Shown: one piece after another, positions 55,065-60,706 of the stretch | How the letters are laid out: the number at the start of each line of letters is the position of its first letter | How positions within the stretch are numbered: position 1 is the first letter of the stretch | Assembly (NCBI GenBank): GCA_038321985.1 | Contig: JBBQFN010000032.1 | Span: 1-60,706, forward strand | DNA: 60,706 nt | DNA from: Cyanophyceae cyanobacterium | GTDB lineage: Bacteria; Cyanobacteriota; Cyanobacteriia; Cyanobacteriales; Laspinemataceae | Reading direction: 5' to 3' | Program-made: the position numbers and the translations under genes | The notes under the pieces: model-generated | The model's database searches: none | What the model saw: the letters and a program-made list of their open reading frames with translations, nothing else | Told to the model about the DNA's origin: nothing

Positions 55065-55877
55065 TTATTCCAATAAATCCGGCTGTTTACGAACTATCAT
55101 GTCATAAAGGGATTGAAAACTAAACCACCCAATGTAATGACTCCCTACCTGCCCATAAGTCAATTGGGCAATCTCTGGAGAAATCGGTATCGGGTTTCCC
55201 CCTGCTTCTGCCATTAGTTGACTTTGACAGGACCGATCCAGGGTAATAAACCACCAGGTTGCTTCATCTACGGAATGCCCGACGGTGAGTAATCCATGAT
55301 TGCGAAGTACGATCGCTTTACAGTCTCCTAGGGTCTGTGCTAACCGTTTTCCCTCACTCACATCTAACACTACTCCGGTATAGTCATCGAATAAGGCATG
55401 ATCTCCGTAAAAGGCACAGGCATCTTGGGTGAGAGGGTCGAGGAGTCGTCCCAGGGTGGACCAGGTTTTGCCATACAGGGAATGGGCGTGTACGGCAGCG
55501 ATGACATCGGGACGGGCTTGATGGATTTGGGAATGAATAGCAAAGCCGGCAGCATTGATGGGGCGATCGCCTTCTAAGATGTCCCCTTGATGGTTGACTA
55601 ATACCAGGTCCGAGACGCGAATATGACCGAAATACATTCCAAAGGGATTTACCCAAAAGCAGTTACTAAATTCCGGGTCCCGCACTGTAATATGACCGGC
55701 GACTCCTTCATCAAAGCCAAAGTGAGCTAAGAGGCGAAATGCTGCGGCTAACCGTTGTTTACGATACAGCCGTTCATCCTGGAGGCAGTTGAATATGGGG
55801 ACTTGGGGGAGTCCGGGTTTGATTAAGCGTTCATCCATATTATCGGAGTATTGTGAGGGTATGAACAAAAGAGGCAT
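55065..55877 (-). CDS. Class II aldolase/adducin family protein (alternative start 55838)
   Basis: EGVAGHITVRDP, IHSQIH, HAHS, LRNHGLLT. Confidence 0.92.
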   Translation of the reverse strand: MPLLFIPSQYSDNMDERLIKPGLPQVPIFNCLQDERLYRKQRLAAAFRLLAHFGFDEGVAGHITVRDPEFSNCFWVNPFGMYFGHIRVSDLVLVNHQGDILEGDRPINAAGFAIHSQIHQARPDVIAAVHAHSLYGKTWSTLGRLLDPLTQDACAFYGDHALFDDYTGVVLDVSEGKRLAQTLGDCKAIVLRNHGLLTVGHSVDEATWWFITLDRSCQSQLMAEAGGNPIPISPEIAQLTYGQVGSHYIGWFSFQSLYDMIVRKQPDLLE

Positions 55878-55901
55878 AACGACTAAAGTCGTGACACCAA
55901 A

Positions 55902-56861
55902 TTAGGGTTTGATTTTGCTGTTGATAAAGTTTAATTGGGCGTAAAGCATTTCCATTTTTGGGACAGGGATATTTTTGGCGATCGCAGCGCCCAGAGGATT
56001 TCCCACAATAGATTGTATTTCTAACGGTCGGTTGTAATCATAATCTAATTTCATACTCGTGATATAGGGTTTCATATTGGCGGTATGATCAAGCATTTTT
56101 TGAATAAAAGTTTCAGGAATTTCTCGGTGATAAGCCGCAGCAACCGCCACAACTTCCCGCATTAACTGTTCTGATAAAATACGGGTCTGTTCATTTTCCA
56201 TAATTTCATCGGTTCGGGCATTAAGAATTACAGACAATCCATTGTAAGGAATATTCCAAACCAGTTTTTTCCAGCGGGCGAGGAGTAAATCTTCTGTAAA
56301 TTGGATGGGGATACCGGCTTTTTCCAAATCCCCGGCGATTTGCCGCAGGGTTTCGGTGATTCCCAAGGGTTGATAATTGGGCGAGTATTCCCCTAGGGTA
56401 ATTGCCCCATAATCAAGGTGGTGAATATGACCGTCTCCGACTTTATTAGCACAAACAAAGCATAATCCGCCTAGAATGTGAGCGTTACCCACAATAGGAG
56501 CGATCGCCTCTTCGTTTCCCAGACCATTTTGTAACATTAATACTGCCCCAGATTTTTTGATAACTGGCGGTAGTAAGGTAGGGAGTAAGGAATTACGGGT
56601 TGTTTTTAGGGCAACAATGACGACATCGCAAGGAGGCATTTGATGGACATCATTATAAACGTTCAGGGAGTCGAGGGTAAAGTCACCCCAAACTGAATCT
56701 ACCTTTAACCCGCGATCGCGCACGAACTGATAATCACGATGTAGCAAGAAGTGAACCTCAAAACCCGCCTGCTGGAGTTTCGCGCCATAAAATCCGCCGA
56801 TCGCCCCGGTGCCAATAATGGCATAGCTACGATTTTTCTGAGACTGCAATTCTGTACCCAT
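55902..56861 (-). CDS. panE: 2-dehydropantoate 2-reductase
   Basis: IGTGAIGGFYG, LQNGLG, WKKLVWN, SMKLD..RPLE. Confidence 0.9.
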   Translation of the reverse strand: MGTELQSQKNRSYAIIGTGAIGGFYGAKLQQAGFEVHFLLHRDYQFVRDRGLKVDSVWGDFTLDSLNVYNDVHQMPPCDVVIVALKTTRNSLLPTLLPPVIKKSGAVLMLQNGLGNEEAIAPIVGNAHILGGLCFVCANKVGDGHIHHLDYGAITLGEYSPNYQPLGITETLRQIAGDLEKAGIPIQFTEDLLLARWKKLVWNIPYNGLSVILNARTDEIMENEQTRILSEQLMREVVAVAAAYHREIPETFIQKMLDHTANMKPYITSMKLDYDYNRPLEIQSIVGNPLGAAIAKNIPVPKMEMLYAQLNFINSKIKP

Positions 56862-57057
56862 TGCCCCATTGCTTTAAACTTGCTACTGTATCAATTTTAG
56901 CGTCTGAGTGGCATCTGCGCAGTCCAGGAACCCCACTCAGACGCTTACACTCCTCCAGCAATCGGCGATCGCTAAAGGATTCAGACGGCCTACCCTCGCG
57001 ATCGCCCTGTGCCTAGATTATGATAAAGAGAGTTTACTAAACTTAATAATAAAGACC

Positions 57058-57963
57058 GTGACTACAGAACAGCTTAGACTACCCAGTGCGATCGCTAAGG
57101 AAACCTGGATTTGGAACGGCCACAAAATCCAGTATGCTGTCCAAGGGGTCGGTCGTCCCCTCGTCCTGATTCATGGATTCGGGGCCTCCATCGGCCATTG
57201 GCGCAAGAATATCCCCGCCCTTGCTGAAGGGGGATATCGCGTGTTTGCACTGGATTTGCTGGGGTTTGGCGGGTCCGATAAAGCCCCCCTGAATTACACC
57301 CTGGAACTGTGGGAAGAACTGATCATAGATTTCTGGGCCGAACATATCCAGGAACCGACTGTATTTATCGGCAATTCCATTGGTGCACTCCTGAGTCTGA
57401 TGCTGGTAGCAAATCATCCCGAAAAGTCAGCCGGGGGGGTTTTAATCAATTGTGCCGGGGGGTTAAATCATCGCCCGGAAGAACTGAATCCCCCTTTACG
57501 GTTGGTGATGGGTGCGTTTAGTAAATTAGTGAGTTCCCCCACGGTGGGAACGTTCCTATTCAACCGCATTCGCCAAAAACACCGCATCCGTAATACATTG
57601 CGCCAAGTGTACCGCAACTCAGAAGCGATTACAGATGAGTTGGTGGATTTGCTCTATGAGCCCTCCTGTGATGTGGGGGCGCAGAAAGTGTTTGCCTCAA
57701 TTTTGACCGCACCTCCGGGAACACCTCCCTCGGAGATTTTACCTAATGTTACCCATCCGTTATTGGTGTTGTGGGGGGAAGATGACCCTTGGACACCGAT
57801 CGCTGGAAGTCGTATTTTCCAACAGTCTCACCCGGAACAGGGGATCTCTTTCAAGTCGATTCCCAATACCGGCCATTGTCCCCATGATGAACGTCCGGAA
57901 GTGGTAAATCCCCTAATTTTAGACTGGTTAAATGCCAGTTTACACGGGACTTCCCAATCCTAA
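57058..57963 (+). CDS. Alpha/beta fold hydrolase
   Basis: HGFGAS, GNSIG, WGEDDPW, GHCPHDE; GTG start preferred over 56908. Confidence 0.92.
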   Translation: MTTEQLRLPSAIAKETWIWNGHKIQYAVQGVGRPLVLIHGFGASIGHWRKNIPALAEGGYRVFALDLLGFGGSDKAPLNYTLELWEELIIDFWAEHIQEPTVFIGNSIGALLSLMLVANHPEKSAGGVLINCAGGLNHRPEELNPPLRLVMGAFSKLVSSPTVGTFLFNRIRQKHRIRNTLRQVYRNSEAITDELVDLLYEPSCDVGAQKVFASILTAPPGTPPSEILPNVTHPLLVLWGEDDPWTPIAGSRIFQQSHPEQGISFKSIPNTGHCPHDERPEVVNPLILDWLNASLHGTSQS

Positions 57964-57988
57964 GCTCTTTCTTTCCATCAATCGGGTT

Positions 57989-58015
57989 GAGGACACGGCA
58001 CTGCCGTGTCCCTAC
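57989..58015. repeat. REP-like palindrome (family A)
   Basis: GGACACGGCACTGCCGTGTCCCTAC (reads GTAG... on the minus strand). Confidence 0.75.
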
Positions 58016-58073
58016 TGTTAAAAGGAAGCCTTTCTCACCTCAAGCTGTTTTTTATCTTAAATTAAATTTATCG

Positions 58074-58667
58074 GTGTCTTATCAATATATTTTGTTCTAC
58101 AAACCTTACAACGTTCTGTGCCAATTTAGCGATCGCGAGGGCAATAATGCAGACAGCCAACGCGGAACTTTAAAAGATTACATTGACATCCCCGATATTT
58201 ATGCCGTGGGACGCCTGGATTTAGACAGTGAGGGATTGTTACTCTTAACCAATCACGGCGCTATTCAACATCGCCTCTCCTCCCCAAAATACGGTCATCC
58301 CCGCACCTATTGGGTACAGGTTGAACGCATCCCCGACGAGAAAGCCCTGGACTGCCTCCGCAATGGCGTTGAAATTCAGGATTATCGGACCCGACCCGCA
58401 ATCGTGCAACTCTTACCAACAGAGCCCGAACTCCCCCCCCGAGAACCCCCCGTCCGCTTCCGTAAAACCGTGCCTACCGCCTGGTTAGAAATCACCCTGA
58501 CTGAAGGGAAAAACCGCCAAGTTCGACGAATGACCGCAGCAGTCGGGTTTCCCACCTTGCGCTTAGTGCGATCGCGCATTGGCAATCTATCTCTAGAGGG
58601 ATTACAACCGGGACAATGGCGGGATTTGACTACGGAGGAAGTGAAATCGCTGTTGAAACGGTTGTGA
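58074..58667 (+). CDS. rRNA pseudouridine synthase (RluE-like)
   Basis: [40 protein letters not shown]. Confidence 0.93.
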   Translation: MSYQYILFYKPYNVLCQFSDREGNNADSQRGTLKDYIDIPDIYAVGRLDLDSEGLLLLTNHGAIQHRLSSPKYGHPRTYWVQVERIPDEKALDCLRNGVEIQDYRTRPAIVQLLPTEPELPPREPPVRFRKTVPTAWLEITLTEGKNRQVRRMTAAVGFPTLRLVRSRIGNLSLEGLQPGQWRDLTTEEVKSLLKRL

Positions 58668-58796
58668 TTTGAGTGAGGAGGGGGAGATAGGGAAGAAGAA
58701 ACACCCCCAAGTCGGGACGTTGAAATTCCTCCCGCTTCTCCTATTTGTCCCTCTCCCATCTCCTACAATAAAAATAGCCCCTTGCGATTTCCACCC

Positions 58797-60539
58797 ATGA
58801 GTGATTTTCCCGACTTTAGCGCGAATGGCTATAAAATTATCCGAGAACTCGGCCATAATCGGGCTGGGGGTCGTGTTACCTATTTGGCAATTCACCAGCA
58901 GGGACAAGAATCCGTTGCGATTAAACAATTCCAATTTGCCACAAATAGTTCTAACTGGTCGGCTTATCGGGCAGTGGAACGGGAAATTGAGGTGTTGCAA
59001 CAGTTAAATCATCCGGGGATTCCTAAATATTTGGATTCATTTGAGACACCAGACGGGTTTTGTATGGTGCAGGAGTATAAAAATGCTCAGTCTCTGGCGA
59101 TACCGCGTAGTTTTGCAGCCGATGAGGTCAAGGAACTGGCGATCGCTGCTTTGAAGATTCTGGTTTACCTGCAAACTCGGGCTGTTCCGGTGATTCATCG
59201 GGATATTAAGCCAGAAAATATCTTAGTCAGCGGTTCTCCCAAGGAGACGCTTTCCGGTCACCTCACTCTGTATCTAGTCGATTTTGGCTTTGCAAAACTG
59301 GGTTCGGAAGAAGTGGCGATGAGCAGTATGGTAAAAGGGACGATGGGATTTATGCCCCCCGAACAATTGCTAAATCGGCAACTGTCCCTAGCTTCGGACC
59401 TCTACGGACTGGGGGCAACTTTGATTTGTTTACTGACTGGCACCCGATCTGTGGCGATCGCCGAGTTGGTTGATGAAGATTATCGCATTCAATTTAAACA
59501 TTTGACGCCTAAAGTGAGTTGGCGCTGGATTGAATGGTTGCAAACCATGATCCAGCCCAATCCAGGCAGTCGCTTCCCGGATGCGGCGACAGCGTTAGCC
59601 GCCCTTGAACCCATTTATGTCGTCCGGACACCGGAAATCCAACTCAGTAAGGCTCACATCACGGCGGTTGCATCCAGCTTAGGTGAACAAATCACCCAAA
59701 CTCTATCGATTAAGAATCCCGTTCCTGACACCCTACTCCGGGGAAAATGGCAGGTTGCCCCCCATCCCCATGACCCACCTCACACTCCCGATGCTCATGG
59801 TTGGATTTCCTTTATTCCAACTCACTTCAAAAAAAATCGCCTTGACTCTACAATTATTATTGATACAAGCCAATTACGAGCGAATCAAACCTACCAACGG
59901 GAACTTTTATTACAAAATAATGGAGTACCCAATCCTATCCGCATTCCCCTAGAAATTAAAACTGCTCCCCTTCCCATTTTTACTCAAAAATTACCCTATG
60001 GGTCGTTAGGATTACTGTTTTTAGCAGCCGGTGCAGGAGGAATGTTAGCCCTGCATTCAATCGCTACCCCAATAGCGATCGCCTTGAGTGGTTTTTTAGC
60101 GTGGGCCGGTCTTTCTCAACTTGCGGGAAAGCAGGGATTTGTAGTGAAATTCCTCCTCACTTCTGTCGCAACCACCCTCATCGCGGCGATCGCTGGATTT
60201 ACCGTAGGAATGGCTGCCGGGGCCAGCCTCATCGGGTCATGGGCTACCGCTGGAACCTTAGCTGCTACAGCCGTTACAGGTGTTGCCTTACTCTTTGCCG
60301 CCTCCGGTGTTAAAAAAGAATTCGGATTACGAGTGGCAACTGCCCTGTCCCTACTTACCTCAGCCTCCGGCATCAGTTGCGGTATTGCTTTGCAATTAGC
60401 ACTCTGGACACCATTGCTCATTGCTGCTAGTGCTATCACCGGCATTCCCGTACTCGCAGTGATGGTTTGGCTTCCCATAAAGCGATCGCGCCTCAAAGCC
60501 CAATATCGCCGTTCTGAGGAGCATTTAATCGCACCCTAA
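58797..60539 (+). CDS. Ser/Thr protein kinase with C-terminal TM helices
   Basis: VAIK, HRDIKPEN, DFG, GFMPPE, SDLYGLG; hydrophobic C-terminus. Confidence 0.93.
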   Translation: MSDFPDFSANGYKIIRELGHNRAGGRVTYLAIHQQGQESVAIKQFQFATNSSNWSAYRAVEREIEVLQQLNHPGIPKYLDSFETPDGFCMVQEYKNAQSLAIPRSFAADEVKELAIAALKILVYLQTRAVPVIHRDIKPENILVSGSPKETLSGHLTLYLVDFGFAKLGSEEVAMSSMVKGTMGFMPPEQLLNRQLSLASDLYGLGATLICLLTGTRSVAIAELVDEDYRIQFKHLTPKVSWRWIEWLQTMIQPNPGSRFPDAATALAALEPIYVVRTPEIQLSKAHITAVASSLGEQITQTLSIKNPVPDTLLRGKWQVAPHPHDPPHTPDAHGWISFIPTHFKKNRLDSTIIIDTSQLRANQTYQRELLLQNNGVPNPIRIPLEIKTAPLPIFTQKLPYGSLGLLFLAAGAGGMLALHSIATPIAIALSGFLAWAGLSQLAGKQGFVVKFLLTSVATTLIAAIAGFTVGMAAGASLIGSWATAGTLAATAVTGVALLFAASGVKKEFGLRVATALSLLTSASGISCGIALQLALWTPLLIAASAITGIPVLAVMVWLPIKRSRLKAQYRRSEEHLIAP

Positions 60540-60706
60540 ATCCTCCCGGAAAGGATTAATAACTGCGGCTCTTCAGACTTTTTGGTGATAAGTTTTTCTA
60601 ATTAGTTACTGAGCGTTTAAATGTTTTTGAGTGGCTACCTCTCTAATTTATAATGACTATGATGAAAAAGCTGCTAAAAGACGTAACCGAAAGTTGTCAA
60701 AATTTC

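Overview
Chromosomal segment of a cyanobacterium, probably a filamentous Oscillatoriales-type strain (inferred from frequent HIP1 GCGATCGC octamers, CP12, patX and argZ). Most of it is housekeeping and signalling genes: ilvD, argZ, coaBC, ribBA, ligA, trmB, csaB, trmL, gshA, glgC, a DnaJ, a PAS histidine kinase, a multi-REC/Hpt/GGDEF regulator and a Ser/Thr kinase. The most interesting region is about 16.3-19.8 kb, which looks like a compact HetR-type patterning module. It holds two NsiR1-like sRNA copies, each with a DIF1-like TCCGGA box at the same offset, a pentapeptide-repeat gene preceded by a HetR-like box, and a convergent patX (signal peptide plus terminal RGSGR) with tandem HetR-like boxes upstream. 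Three more pentapeptide genes with HetL-type caps lie at 0.9-6.9 kb. Other notable items are an orphan, divergent ATP synthase epsilon paralog next to a multi-stem structured element, a controller/endonuclease/methylase R-M island whose probable site RCATGY appears absent from the window, a decay zone at 9.8-12.5 kb, and several REP-like repeat families. All family assignments come from motif recognition and recall; no database searches were run.
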